Shown: piece after piece, positions 12,577-25,434 of the stretch
Numbering within the stretch: position 1 is the first letter of the stretch
How the letters are laid out: the number at the start of each line of letters is the position of its first letter
Source: Mustelus asterias
Taxonomy: Eukaryota
Length of the DNA stretch: 64,000 nucleotides
Assembly (NCBI RefSeq): GCF_964213995.1
Contig: NC_135829.1
Span: 3,286,001-3,350,000, forward strand
Reading direction: 5' to 3'
Notes under the pieces: generated by a model
What the model saw: the letters and a program-made list of their open reading frames with translations, nothing else
Databases searched by the model: none
What the model was told of the DNA's origin: nothing
Made by a program: the position numbers and the translations under genes

Positions 12577-12911
12577 ATCATAGAAAATCATAGAAACCCT
12601 ACAGTACAGAAAGAGGCCATTCGGCCCATCGAGTCTGCACCGACCACAATCCCACCCAGGCCCTACCCCCATATATTTTACCCGCTAATCCACGCATCCC
12701 AGGACACTAAGGGGCAATTTTTAGCATGACCAATCAACCTAACCTGCACATCTTTGGACTGTGGGAGGAAACCGGAGCACCCGGAGGAAACCCATGCAGA
12801 CACGGGGAGAATGTGCAGACTCCGCACAGACAGTGACCCAAGCCGGGAATCGAACCCAGGTCCCTGGAGCTGTGAAGCAGCAGTGCTAACCACTGTGCTA
12901 CCGTGCCGCCC
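12577..12911 (-). mobile_element. HE1-like V-SINE
   Basis: Near-identical reverse complement of 6955-7287. Confidence 0.92.
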
Positions 12912-13966
12912 TAAAAGCAAAAAAATCACTAAATCACAAGCAAATTTACCGTTGTGAAACAAAAGCATGCAGAAAGTTTAGCTGGGTAAGAAAATAAAGG
13001 CTGATCTCAGTTTTAAGCTTTGGAAACAAGTAGCTTTTTCGTCAAAAATTTAAATTTAGTCAATAACCTCAAGGAACGATCCCTCCCCCTCTAATATGAA
13101 ATATGTGGCCTTTGATTTTATAAAGTAAAGTTTATTTATTAGTGTCACAAGTAGGCTTACATTAACACTGCGATGAAGTTACTGTGAAAATCCTCTAGTC
13201 GTCACACTCCGGCGCCTGTTCGGGTTACACTGAGGGAGAATTTAGCACGGCCGATGCACCCTAACCAGCACGTCTTTCGGACTGTGGGAAGAAGTCGAAG
13301 CATCCGGAGGAAACGCACGCAGACAATATGCTCATCCAGATGAGGAAAGTTAAACAGGAACACAGGACCCAGCAGCAAGATAATAGCTGATTCTGGCTGT
13401 GGTCTCAACTCAACTTTGCTGTCTGCCCCCGTAATCACCATTTCCTTCTGTCGATTAAAAATCCGTCTACCTCTGCCTTGAATAAATTCAATGACCCCGC
13501 CTTCATTGCTTTCTGGGGAAGGAAATTCCATATACCAACTCCCATCTCAGAGAAAAAAAATTCTCCTCATCTTAAAATGGAGACCTCTTTCTCTTAAACC
13601 ACGTCCCCTAGTTCTCGTTTCTCTCATAAGTGGAAACATCCTTCCATTATCTACCCTATCAAGTCCCCTCAGATAGTACTTCAATAACATTGCCTTTCAT
13701 TCTTCTAAACTCCAATGGGTATGGACTCAACCTGTTCAACCTTTCTCCAAAAGATAAGCCCCACATCCCAGAAATGAGTCGAGTGAACCTTCTCTGTACT
13801 GCTTCTAAAGTAATTATGTCTTTTTTCAAATGAGACCAAAACTGAACACAGTATTAAGATGTGGTCTCACCAAGGCTCTTTAAAGCTGCATTAAAATTTT
13901 CCAATTTTTATATTGCATTCCCCTGAAATAAACGTCAACAGTCTATTTGCCTTCTAAATCACTTCT

Positions 13967-14815
13967 TAGAGTCATAGAGGTTTACAGCATGGAAACAGGC
14001 CCTTCGGCCCAACTCGTCCATGCCGACCTTTTTTTTTAAAACCCCTAAACTCATCCCAATTGCATTTGGCCCATATCCCTCTATACCCATCGTACCCATG
14101 TAACTATCTAAATGCTTTTTAAAAGATAAAATTGTACCCGCCTCTACTACTACCTCTGGCAGCTTGTTCCAGACACTCACCACCCTGTGTGTGAAAAAAT
14201 TACCCCTCTGGACCCTTTTGTATCTGTCCCCTCTCACCTTAAACCTATGCCCTCTAGTTTTAGACTCCCCTACCTTTGGGAAAAGATATTGACTATTCAC
14301 CTTGTCTATGCCCCTCATTATTTTATAGACCTCTATAAGGTCACCCCTCAGCCTCCTACGCTCCAGAGAAAAAAGTCCCAGTCTATTCAGCCTCTCCTTA
14401 TAACTCAATCCATCAAGTCCCGGTAGCATCCTAGTAAATCTTTTCCGCACTCTTTCTAGTTTAATAATATCCTTTCTATAATAGGGTGACCAGAACTGTA
14501 CACGGTATTCCAAGTGTGGCCTTACCAATGTCTTGTACAACTTCAACAAGACGTCCCAACTCCTGTATTCAATGTTCTGACCGATGAAACCAAGCATGCC
14601 GAGTGCCTTCTTCACCACTCTGTCCACCTGTGACTCCACTTTCAAGGAGCTATGAACATGTACTCCTCGATCTCTTTGTTCTGTAACTCTCCCCAACACC
14701 TTACCATTAACTGAGTAAGTCCTGCCCTGGTTCGATCTACCACAACGCATCACCTCGCATTTGTCTAAATTAAACTCCATCTGCTATTCATCAGCCCACT
14801 GGCCCAATTGATCAA
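13967..14815 (-). mobile_element. CR1 family A fragment nested in an older CR1 (~13355-14975)
   Basis: 273-aa ORF 13959-14780 with RT C-terminal motifs; same tail as the other family A copies. Confidence 0.94.
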
Positions 14816-16049
14816 CTTCTTGCACCTGCATTCTAATTTTTAAAAAATTTATGTACCAGGACACCTAGATCCTTCGGTACCACTGAGTTTTGTAATCTCT
14901 CCCCATTTAAACAGTATGCGGCTTTTCTATGCCTCCTGCCAAGGTGGACAAGTTCACATTTTCCCACATTATGTTATATTCAATATGTTCCATTCTGCTA
15001 TATTCAGCCGTTACAGCGTCAGTGTCAGCCTCTTCCAAGTCAAGTACAGCACAGGCAAGATACAAACATAAAGCTCTTTCCACACTATTGCACTATGGCA
15101 CATTCTGAATGGTTAGAGGCAACAAGATGAGTTGTTTTATAAATACAAGTATTAGAGATATTAGTCGAGGTAAAGGATGACTAATTGATAGACTGATGGG
15201 ATACATTCAAACATTGAGGGAAAAGAAGAAAGAAATAGCAGTAACCATAGAAATGATATTTGAGTATTTGAGTGGATGTGTGCTGGACTTTGACAAGTGT
15301 AGTATCCATTTTCAAAGAGAGTGGCAGAGCTAACTCAGGGAAGTTGATTTATCTTTGGTGAACTTTGGGGAATCTCTATTAAAGATGAAATTACTAAATA
15401 TAGTTGAAGAGAAGATAATTCGGAGCAGTCAATATAGATCTCAAAAGGGAAAATTGTGCTCGGTGGTAGAGTTCTTAAGGGAGATGACAGAAAAGGTGTA
15501 TGGAGAAAGACAATGCATACAGTTAACAATTACAGAAGATCAAGATATGTGGAACTGGGTAACGGTAAATAACCACATTAAAAACTTGTTAGAAAGGGGG
15601 TAAACAAAATTAAGTTAGCTCCAACTGGCTGTAAACGGGTAGCATTGTCCTGTAAGGTTCTGTTTGGGACTGCTTCTATTCACTGCATATAACAAAGATT
15701 TGCATATGGGGCTGGAGGGAATGGTGACAAAATTTGGAGAGGATACTAAAATAGGAGTCATAATAAATAATGAGATGAGAAGGAAGCTGCAACAGAAGGG
15801 AATGGCAAAGTGGCAGATGGGATTCAATGTCAGTAAATGTGAGGTGATATATTTTGATTAAAACTGAAGTAATAATTATGAAGTACTTTGAATAGGACAG
15901 TAAGAGATTTGTGGGTTCGAATTCATGAGACATAAAGCACAGCACCAACACTGGATACTGCTATTAAAAAAACTTCAACGGAATACTAAGTATTATGGCA
16001 AGCCAAACTTTAACAGAAAGCAGGGTGCTGGAGAAAAATAAAGATTCCA

Positions 16050-16713
16050 GATGGAGAGGCTGGATAGACTGGGACTTTTTTCTCTGGAGCATAGAGGCTT
16101 AGGGGCGATCTTATAGAGGTCTGTAAAATAATGAGGGGCACAGATCAGCGAGATAGTCAACATCTTTTCCCAAAGGTAGGGGAGTCTAAAACTAGAGGGC
16201 ATAGGTTTTAAGGTGAGAGGGGAGAGATACAAAAGGGTCCAGAGGGGCAATCTTTTCACACAGAGGGTGGTGAGTGTCTGGAACAAGCTGCCAGAGGCAG
16301 TAGTAGAGGCATCAGGAAACATGATTGGGTTCAGTCATAATAGAAACAGAGGAGTGACAACACTGAAGGATCGCATTGTGCCCGGCAGATCCATGCTGGC
16401 TCTTCACAAGAACCATTTTGCTTGTCCCGCTCTCCCATCCTTTCCCCGTTGCCTTGCATATTTTTCTCGTTAGGTATCTATTCCAATTCCCATTAAAAGG
16501 TTATAATTAAATCTGCCTTCACTACCTTATAGGCAGTGCATTCCAGATGTTGTCTTTTAAAAAACGTTTAGACAGTGACATGGGTAAGATGGGTATAGAG
16601 GGATATGGGCCAAATGCGGGCAATTGGGATTAGCTTTGTGGTTAAAAAAAGGGGCGGCATGGATAAATTGGGCCAAAGGGCCTGCTTCCATGTTGTAAAC
16701 CTCTATGACTCTA
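16050..16713 (+). mobile_element. CR1 family A fragment interrupted by a 242-bp local templated insertion
   Basis: LINE sequence at 16050-16310 resumes at ~16550. Confidence 0.92.
16307..16548 (+). repeat. Direct duplicate of 18089-18314
   Basis: Near-identical sequence (GCATCAGGAAACATGATTGGGTTCAGTC...GGCAGTGCATTCCAGAT) at both sites, with one net 16-nt indel. Confidence 0.95.
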
Positions 16714-16999
16714 TGTCCCAAAGCATTTTCCTTGTGCACTGTGGTCAATGTTGTCAACATGGTAATAGGGTGGGGTGTGTTGGGGAAAGAGAGAGAGAGA
16801 AAAGAAGGCGTGTTAAGAGTCAGGGTAATTTGTGCAAGATCATTCTAATTGCAGGTGTTGCTTCCTCACCAATTCTTCACAAAAGATGTGATCATGCAGA
16901 AAATAGAGGCAAACTGCTTATAATTTAAGGTGAAGCCCTATCGTATACAATACAAAGGCTGTATCCTTTGGAAGATAACAAGAACTATTTTTTTTAAAC

Positions 17000-17134
17000 C
17001 TGCTCCATTTTGAAGATGTGTTGATTGAAGTAGTGCTGAAGCCGCTCATTAGCAAAGTTGATGCAGAATTGTTCAAAGCTGTTGTTCTCATAGTCCTCAA
17101 AGCCAAAGATATCGAGTACGCCAATGGAGAGAAT
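17000..17134 (-). CDS. MYO9A: Myosin IXa exon (135 nt), switch II and relay helix
   Basis: tag|ATT...CAG|gtttaa; [45 protein letters not shown]. Confidence 0.97.
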
Positions 17135-17176
17135 CTACAAATGGAAGAAGCAACTATTATTGGAAATTTGCCGATC

Positions 17177-17508
17177 CAGTCAATATCTTTCCCCAAAGGT
17201 AGGGGAGTCTAAAATTAGAGGGCGCAGGTTTAAGGTGAGAGGGGACAGATACAAAAGTGTCCTGAGGGGCAATTTGGTTCACACAGAGGGTGGTGAGTGG
17301 CTGGTACGAGCTGCCAGAGGTAGTAGTAGAGGTGGGTACAATTTTGTCTTTTAAAAAGCATTTAGACAGTTACATGGGTAAGATGGGTATAGAGGGATAT
17401 GGGCCAAATGCAGGCAATTGGGATTAGCTTAGCGGTTTAAAAAAAAGGGCGGCATGGACAAGTTGGGCCGAAGGGCCTGTCTCCATGCTGTAAACCTCTA
17501 TGACTCTA
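17177..17508 (+). mobile_element. CR1 family A 3' fragment
   Basis: Highly similar to 6028-6354. Confidence 0.92.
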
Positions 17509-17647
17509 TTAAAAGCCTCTGCACTTTTCAAATGGTCTACGGATAAAGGGACTGCACAAAATAAATGTAAAATAACGTGAAGCCAATCAACTAGGAAGAT
17601 TTAGGTCTCATCTCTTGTTTGAGCTATCAGCTTATTTTTTTTAAAAT

Positions 17648-17952
17648 ATGGAATCCCTATAGTGCAGGAGGAGGCCATTCAGCCCATCGAGTCTGCACTG
17701 ACCACAATCCCACCCAGGTCTTATTCCCATAACCTGCTAATCCCCTGACACTAGGGTCAATTTAGGATGGCCAATCAACCTAACTCACACATCTTTCGAC
17801 TGTGGAAGGAAACCGGAGCACCCGGAGGAAACCCACACAGACACGGGGAGAATGTGCGAACTCCACGCAGACAGTGATCCGAGGCCAGAATTGAACCTGG
17901 GTCCCTGGCGCTGTGAGGCAGCAGTGCTAACCCACTGTGCCACCGTGCCATC
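17648..17952 (-). mobile_element. HE1-like V-SINE (another copy ~41950-42240 -; tail-only copies ~33317-33380 +, ~33497-33665 -, ~62155-62275 +)
   Basis: Same head, V-domain and tail. Confidence 0.88.
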
Positions 17953-18951
17953 CCCAACTCCACCTTATCTCCGATCAACTCACGAGAGAGACTGTAATTA
18001 ATATACTTGGGTGTAAGAGGAGGAGAAAAGGTCAGTGACAGTGGCCATTCTTGCTTACAATCCAGTGAGCCCTCTCCCTCTCAGAAACAGGCATCAGGAA
18101 ACATGATTGGGTTCAGTCATAATAGAAACAGAGGAGTGACAACACTGGAGGATGGCCCATGCTGGCCCTTCACAAGAACCATTTTGCTTGTTCCGCTCTC
18201 CCATCCTTTCCCCGTTGCCTTGCATATCTTTCTCTTTAGGTATCTATTCCAATTCCCATTAAAAGGTTATAATTAAATCTGCCTTCACTACCTTATAGGC
18301 AGTGCATTCCAGATTTTAACCACTAACTATGTAAAATCACCCCCCCCCCCACCCCCGGACCCGGCTCTCAAGTTGCCTTAGGTTCCTTCACTTTACATCC
18401 AAGTCCTCTGGTTTGTGATCCTCCGCAAAGCAAACAGTTTCTATCTACCTACCTACTCTGGTCAGTCCCCTCGTGACTTTGAACACACACATACATCAAA
18501 TCTCCTCTCAACCTATTCCCCCCCCCAAGGAGAACACAGGCCCCAGCTTCTCCAAATCAATCCAAGTAATTGAGCCCAACTGTTCTGAGGATTAATGTTC
18601 AAGAATGCTATTCATACAACACAGTATTCGACTGCATGCTGTTGATACAACCATGCAATAGGATAAAGGTTTTGTGACAGTTGCTTGCGTAGTGAGCTCA
18701 CTGCTGCTCAGCAGTGTGCTACAAGACAGAGGAAAGAAACATTCTAAACTGTTCTGAGATATACACCTACTACTGGTGATATCCAAGGTGCCAAGCTCTC
18801 TTATGACATAAAGTGCATAAAGCAGAAGAAACACTGAACAAGTTAAAATTTGTCATGGCCTTGCAATTTACATACATCACTTTCAGCGATGACCTGCTCA
18901 AACTGTTAGTCAGAGAACTGGCCTACCAAATCTGTTTTATCTGTGACTCAC

Positions 18952-19068
18952 CTTCTTATGTTCCTCCAGGTCCCGGTTGTTGAGAAGTGCGTGATTGATT
19001 CGGAAAACTATCCAGTCAAACAGGGCACTATACAGTGACTTAGCCATCGAGTCACGTACGGTTATCGC
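18952..19068 (-). CDS. MYO9A: Myosin IXa exon (117 nt)
   Basis: tag|GCG...AAG|gtgagt; [39 protein letters not shown] (RDxxAKxLYxxLFDWIVxRIN motif). Confidence 0.97.
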
Positions 19069-19654
19069 CTATAATACAAGCAAATTAACAATTATTGACG
19101 GGTAAAATTCAGACTATGAACTGAAAGCATTATTGTAGCGCTGTGAATGGTTCCTTTATCAGTTTATTTTAAAACTGTCTGATCGAGAATAAGCTCTTGT
19201 AGCCAGAATGCTTGTAGAACAGCTTTTATGATTTTTGTTGTTCGAGTAATTTATTAAATGCCAGTCTATCTTTGAAGCAATTTAAATATATAATAATTCT
19301 GATGGTTTCGTGAGCCTATTCAGTGACCAGTTTACCCAAATGTCAGCCAAGGCTCAGCATTAAGACTCAATATCAGAATGAGGATGTTGTGCATTCAAGC
19401 CCCATTCTCAGATGAGTCCATAATCTGGTACCTAGTTCAGCGCGGTAGAGAGAGGGACTTCTCACCCTCGGTGATTGCAACCCCCATCTCAAACTTATCA
19501 TGCACTCTCCCCTCAGAGTTCACTACCCTCTCGCTGTCTACGTAAACTTCCAACTCATTCGCGGCCACCCCCTTGACCTTGTAAAGTGTCACATGGCCTT
19601 CTTGGTCACATCATATCAATTACAGACAAAGCCATCTCAGTCAACGTTCCTGCT

Positions 19655-21965
19655 TTGGAAAGTGCTGTTAAAAGAGTCATGGTGAGTTGCTGCAGTGCAT
19701 CTTTAGATGGTACACAATGCTACTATTGTGCATTGGTGGTGAAGTGCGTGAATGTTCAAAGTGGTAGATGGGGTGCCAACCAAATGGGCTGCTTTGTCCT
19801 GGATTGTATTGAGCTTCTTGGGCGGCACGGTGGCACAGTGGTTAGCACTGCTGCTTCACAGCGCCAGGGACCCGGGTTCGATTCCGGCTTGGGTCACTGT
19901 CTGTGTGGAGTTTGCAGGTTCTCCCCATTTCTGAGTGGGGTTCCTCTGGGTGCTCCAGTTTCCTCCCACATTCTGAAAGAGGTGCTGGTTAGGGTGCATT
20001 GACCCGACCAGGTGCCGGAATATGACGAATAGGGGAATTTCACAGTAACTTCATTGTAGTGTTAATACAAGCCTTACTTGTGACTAATAAATAAAAACTT
20101 TACTGAAACTTTACTAACTTAACTTGAGTGTTGTTGGAGCTGCACTTATCCAGGCAAGTGGAGAGTACTCCATCACTCTCCTGACTTGTGCTTTGTAGAT
20201 GCTGGACAGGCTTTGGGGACTCAGGAAGCACGCTACCCGCCACAGAATTCCCAACCCCCGACCTGCGCTTGTAGCTACAGTATTTATATGCTGGTACAGT
20301 TCAATTTCTGGTTAATTGGAACTCCCGGAACGTTGACAGTGGAGAATTCAGCAATGGTAATGCCATTGAATGTCATGGGGAGATGGTTGGATTCTCTCTT
20401 GTGGGCTACGGACATTGCCTGGCACTTCTGTGGCGCAGATGTTACTTGCCACTTATCAGCCCAAGTCCGAAAATTGTCCAGGTCTTGCTGCAAATAGACA
20501 TTGACTGCTTTAGTATCTGAGGAGTCACGAATGGTGCTGAATCATGTGCTATCAGCGAACATCTCCACTTCTGTCATTATGATGGAGGGAAGGTCAATGA
20601 TGAAGCAGCTGAAGATGGTTAGGCCTAGGACACTACCCCGAGGAACTCCTGCAGTTCTCTCCTTGGACTGAGATGATTGACCAACAAAGACAATCATCTT
20701 CACTTATACCTCCAACTATGGTATGAGTCCAACCAGTGGAGGGTTTTCCCCGATTCCCATTGACATCAGTTTTGCTGGGGCTCCTTGATGCCACTCTCGG
20801 TCAAATGCTGCCTTGATATCAAGAGCAGTCACTCTCACCTCACGTCTGGAATAAAGCTCTTTTGTCCATGTTTGAACCAAGGCTGTAATGGGATCAGCAG
20901 CTGAGTTGCCCTGACAGAACCCAAACTGAGCATTAGTGAGCAGGTTACTGCTGTGTAAGTGCTACTTGATATCATCGTCGATGACACCTTCCATCACTTT
21001 ACTAATGATCAAAAGCTGGCTGATGGGGCAGTAACTGGCCAGGTTGGATATGCTTTGTAGACAGGACCTATCTGGGTAATTTTCCACATTGCCATGTGGA
21101 TGCCAGTTTTGTCACTGCACTGCAACAGTTCAACTGGGGTTTGACTAGCTCTGGAGCACATATCACCATTTCCGAATATTGTCAGGATGCATAGCCTTTA
21201 CAGTATCCAATGTCTTCAGTCGTTTCTTGATATCAGCAAATTGGCTGATGACTGACATGTGATGCCACGGACCTCAATGGGAGTTGTAGATAGATCATCC
21301 ATTCTGACTGAAGATGGTTGCAAATGCTTCAGCCTTGTCTTTTGCACTGATGTGCTGGGCTCCCCGATCATTGAGGATGGGGATATTTGTTGAGCTTTCT
21401 CCTCTGGTGAGTTGTTTAGTTGTTTAATCATCATTCACAACTAAATGTGGCAGGGTTGAAGAGCTTGGATCTGATCCATTGGTTGTGGGATCGCTGATCT
21501 CTAGTTATCGCAAGCTGCTTCTGATATTCGGCGTGCAGTTTCAGGAGACACCTCATTTTAGGTACGTCTGGTGCTGCTCCTGGCATACCCTCCGACACTC
21601 TTGATTGAGCCAGGGTTGATCCCCTGGCTTGATGGTAACGGTAGAGTGGAGGATATGCCAGACCATGAGGTACAGATTGTGAATATAATTCAATGCTGTT
21701 GATGGCCCACAGCACCTCATGGATGTCCAGTCTCAAGTTGCTTGATCTGTTCGAAATCTGACCCATTTAGTACAGTGGTAGCGCCACACAACATGATGGA
21801 GGGGATCCTCAATGTGAAGCCAAGGCTTTGTCTACACGAGGATTTGTGGTGGTCACTCCTCCTAATGCTGTCATGGACAAGACGCACAAGTAGATTGGTG
21901 TGTCAAGTCGGGGTTTTCCCTCTTGGTGGTTCCCTCACCACCTGCCACAGAACCAGTCTAGCAAT
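19655..21965 (-). mobile_element. Long degenerate LINE of the same family, split by a SINE at 19820-20120
   Basis: RT-like peptides (MQQDLDNFRTWADKWQVT...); homology with 23640-24602. Confidence 0.85.
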
Positions 21966-23128
21966 GACAACTCTGTTGTTGTTACCTCCTTCTGTATCCA
22001 TCCTTGGAAAGAAACTACCCCTGTTCACTTTCAATTGCACTTTTAAAATCCTAATTATAGCCTTCAGCCCCTCTATTCACCATGACAATTCTGCAGCTAC
22101 AAATCTACTTAAATACACCCTCACACATCCATCTTTAATGCCCAACAAAACCATGACTCTCTGTCATCCTGGCCATTCACTCTGGTACAGCCCTCATCTC
22201 TACTCCTCAAGTCCAAGGAATGCTGACTTGAAAGGATTCAGCAGACAACAGGTTTGGCCATTCAACATGAGATCTGGCTGGACCACCTAAAACACCATTG
22301 CACATACACACCCAGGTCTTTCTGCTGCTGCACACCCCTTTAGAATCATACTCTACTCCATATTGCCTTCTTTGTTCCTTCTACCAAAATGCATCCCCTC
22401 ACATTTCCCTGCATTCAATTTCTTTTGTCATGTGCCTGCCCATTACACCAGCCTGTTTTGAAATGTCCTCCTGAAGTCTAACACTACCTTCCCTCAGTTT
22501 ACAAAACTTCCAAGTTAGAGCAGGCTTTGTTTATGAAGCCAAACAGACTGCACGCCGTCAAAACTCTAACACCTTACCGAGAAGCCAAAAAATACATGAT
22601 AGCAGGGTCTGTATAATGCAATCCAGCCATACACATTCCTTTGCTGCTGCTGCACTGACAGGAAGGAACAGCGACATTTTCCCCCAGCTGTTCTCCATCT
22701 GACAGGCTTAGAATATTCCAGCTTGGAATATTTTAAATATTAAAAATATTTCAATATGTTACACAAACTAGGGAGAAAATATAGTCTGTTTTTCAAAACT
22801 GTTGTTCCCAACATTTTCACCATTTTCATCGATTCTGTGGCCTCATTTGATTAACCCAACTGCTGAAACTGATTCATGCAATCTGCTGGAAGCTGACACC
22901 CGGAAGACATAGTGGTGAGATTTCAGCGATCATCAAAGGAGAGAGAGCTGAGAAGGGGAAAGTACACGCAAAGGCCAGCAGTAATGAGATCACTTGGTTA
23001 AGGTGGGACAAAAGCATCCAGGATTTGCAATGAGCGCTTCAAAGCGGAAATGCTGGAGACGGGGAGCCAGTGAACTTTAGTAAGGACAGAATAATGAGGG
23101 GCTTTCACATCGGACAGGAGAGGAGTCA

Positions 23129-23385
23129 GGTTGGAGAATCGTTGATTAACTGGAATTTTCTACAAATTTTTAAAAAAATACTTTTCCAATTCAATCAAAT
23201 CAAATCCAATTCAAAGTCTCAACAAGTTGAGACATTTCCGATCCAGGCTGACAAGACAGGGCAAGCGACCAAATTGCCCTGTCCTGGGCCCGATCTACAT
23301 GAGCCAAGCTGATTGGAGGAGCAAAGCAATACCTCCTCCAAGACTTGAGCTCATTTGCATCTTAGCCAAAAGGCCGAGATGAGTC
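23129..23385 (-). mobile_element. Candidate U2-headed structured short retroposon
   Basis: U2 5' head, three predicted hairpins, a (GATTT)-like/T-rich 3' region and a possible GAGTCA TSD (23123-23128 / 23381-23386). Only one copy in the window. Confidence 0.5.
23359..23379 (-). pseudogene. RNU2: U2 snRNA 5' fragment (nt 7-27)
   Basis: Minus strand reads TCTCGGCCTTTTGGCTAAGAT, a 21/21 match to vertebrate U2 nt 7-27 (stem-loop I). The rest of U2 is absent. Confidence 0.85.
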
Positions 23386-23639
23386 AATCCAGGCAAAAAG
23401 AACAGTGAATAAATTTACATGCTGGTTAATGATGGTTCAAATAATAGGTATAAGTGGGGGATGGGGGCGCTCGGGGGCGAGATGGTCAGTGGTGGGGAAT
23501 TGATAAATTGCTGGCCATGGATTATGATGTGTAAAGCAAACCTATAAATATAAAATCTTTACTGCTTAAACAAATTTAAGTCAAAACTGCTCCGAAGTCT
23601 TGTTTGCATCCACACCAAGGTCACTATTTTAAAAAATTA

Positions 23640-24602
23640 ACTTTATGGGATGTGGGTGTCGCTGGCTAGGCCAACATTTATTGCCCATCCCTAATTGCCC
23701 TTAAGGTGGTGGTGGTGAGCTGCCTTCTTGATCCGTGCAGTCCCCAAGATGTAGGTACACCCAGAGTGCTGTTAGGGAAGGAGTTCTTGGATTTTGATCC
23801 GCCGACAGTGAAGGAACGGCAATATATTTCCAAGTCAGAATGGTGAGTGGCTTGCAGGGGAACTTCCAGGTGGTGGCATTCCCAGGCATCTCCTGCTCTT
23901 GTCCTTCCAGATGATAGTAGTTGCGGATTTGAATGTACTGCCTAAGGAACCTTGGTGAGCTCTTGCAGTGCATCTTGTAGATGGTACACACTGCTGCCAC
24001 TGTTCATCAGTGGTGGAGCGGCTGAATGTTTGTCGAAGGGATAGCAATCAAGTGGGTTGCGCTTTGTCCTGGATGGTGTAGTGTTTCTTGAGTGTTGTTG
24101 GAGCTGCACTCATCCAGGTAAATGGAGACAATTCCACCACACTCTGACTTGTACCTTATAGATAGTTGACTGGCTCTGGGGGTCAGGAGGCAAGTTGCTT
24201 GCCGCAGGATTCCTAGCTTTTGACCTGCTCTGGTAGCCACAGTAGTTATATGGCTAGTCCAGTTCAGTTCCTGGTCAATGGTAACCTGAGGATGTTGATA
24301 GTGGGGGGATTCAGCAATGGTAATGCCATTGCATGTCAAGGTGCAATGGTTAGATTCTCTCTTGTTGGAGATGGTCATTGCCTGGCACTTGTGTGGCACA
24401 AATGTTACTTTCCACCCGTCAGTCCAAGCCTGGATACTGTCCAGGTCTTACTGCATTTGGACATGAACAGCTTCAGTATCTGATGAGTCATGAATGGTGC
24501 TGAACATGGTGCAATCATCAGCAACCATCTCCATTTCTGACCTTCTGATGGAAAGGAAGTCACTGGTGGAGCAGCTGAAGATGGTTGGGCCATGGACACT
24601 AC
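23640..24602 (-). mobile_element. LINE 3' fragment (same family as 8350-9050)
   Basis: Shared tail and RT C-terminal remnants. Confidence 0.87.
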
Positions 24603-25434
24603 TATTCTACCAGTCTCCCGCAGAGGATCTCTCAGCTATGAATTATCACTCTGAAACTACTTTCTCAAAGAGGAAACATTTGAAGTTAATATGCCTTGAT
24701 TTGCCGGTAGCTCTGCTAACGTTTCTGAAATCAAACTGCGATTGTGATCTTAAAGCCCAGAGCTTGCAGTTCCACAACACCAGCTGACATGACAGGTCTC
24801 TGCCTTAAAGACTTTATGACACACGTTCCACTGCCGCTGAAATAAAAGCACCTGCTGAAAGACACATGAATATCCTCGAGTAAGATGATCAATGGATTTT
24901 CCATTCTTCCCACTGAAAAGTTCTGATGTCTAAGTTCTATGCTGCACTGTCAAAATTCAATTGGATGCAGAGTTGTAGCCTCTGGGAAACAAGCACGTCG
25001 AAATGGCAATAGCCCTTTTTGTAGGTTTACCTACTTTAGTCCTTGCTCAAGGTGATCTAGAAATAAGTCCAGTTAAGTTCATATACAGTGTAGCCTTATT
25101 TACAACATTCTTCCTGTCAAATAGCAAATTATTAGCCATGGAGGATTGAGGAGTGCTTCAATTTATCGGAATTAGTTAACAAAAATCCAATTGTAGGGGT
25201 GGCTTAATATTTCCTGAAATACGGAAAACTGGATAATAGCGTATTTTAACACAATTTAACACAAAGATCACCCGATGGCAGAGACTGAACATAATAAATA
25301 CGAACAGGAATCAGCCATTTGGCCTCTCAAGCCTGCCTGCCATTCAATAAGATCATGGTTGGTCCAATCATTACCTGCCTGCCCCCAAAAACTCCTGTAG
25401 ATCGCAAATCTAACTCAGCCTTGCACATATTCAA

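Noticed and set aside
1-16999. Next MYO9A exon (expected EEY..EGI.W..IDY.DN..C..LI.KKP)
   Set aside because: I could not find it by eye. It probably lies beyond position 1, though a spliced alignment is needed to exclude a miss.
17018-17212. Plus-strand 64-aa ORF with protein-like composition
   Set aside because: It is the antisense shadow of the MYO9A switch II exon.
23340-23385. Functional U2 snRNA gene
   Set aside because: Only nt 7-27 match; the branch-site region, Sm site and 3' stem-loops are absent.
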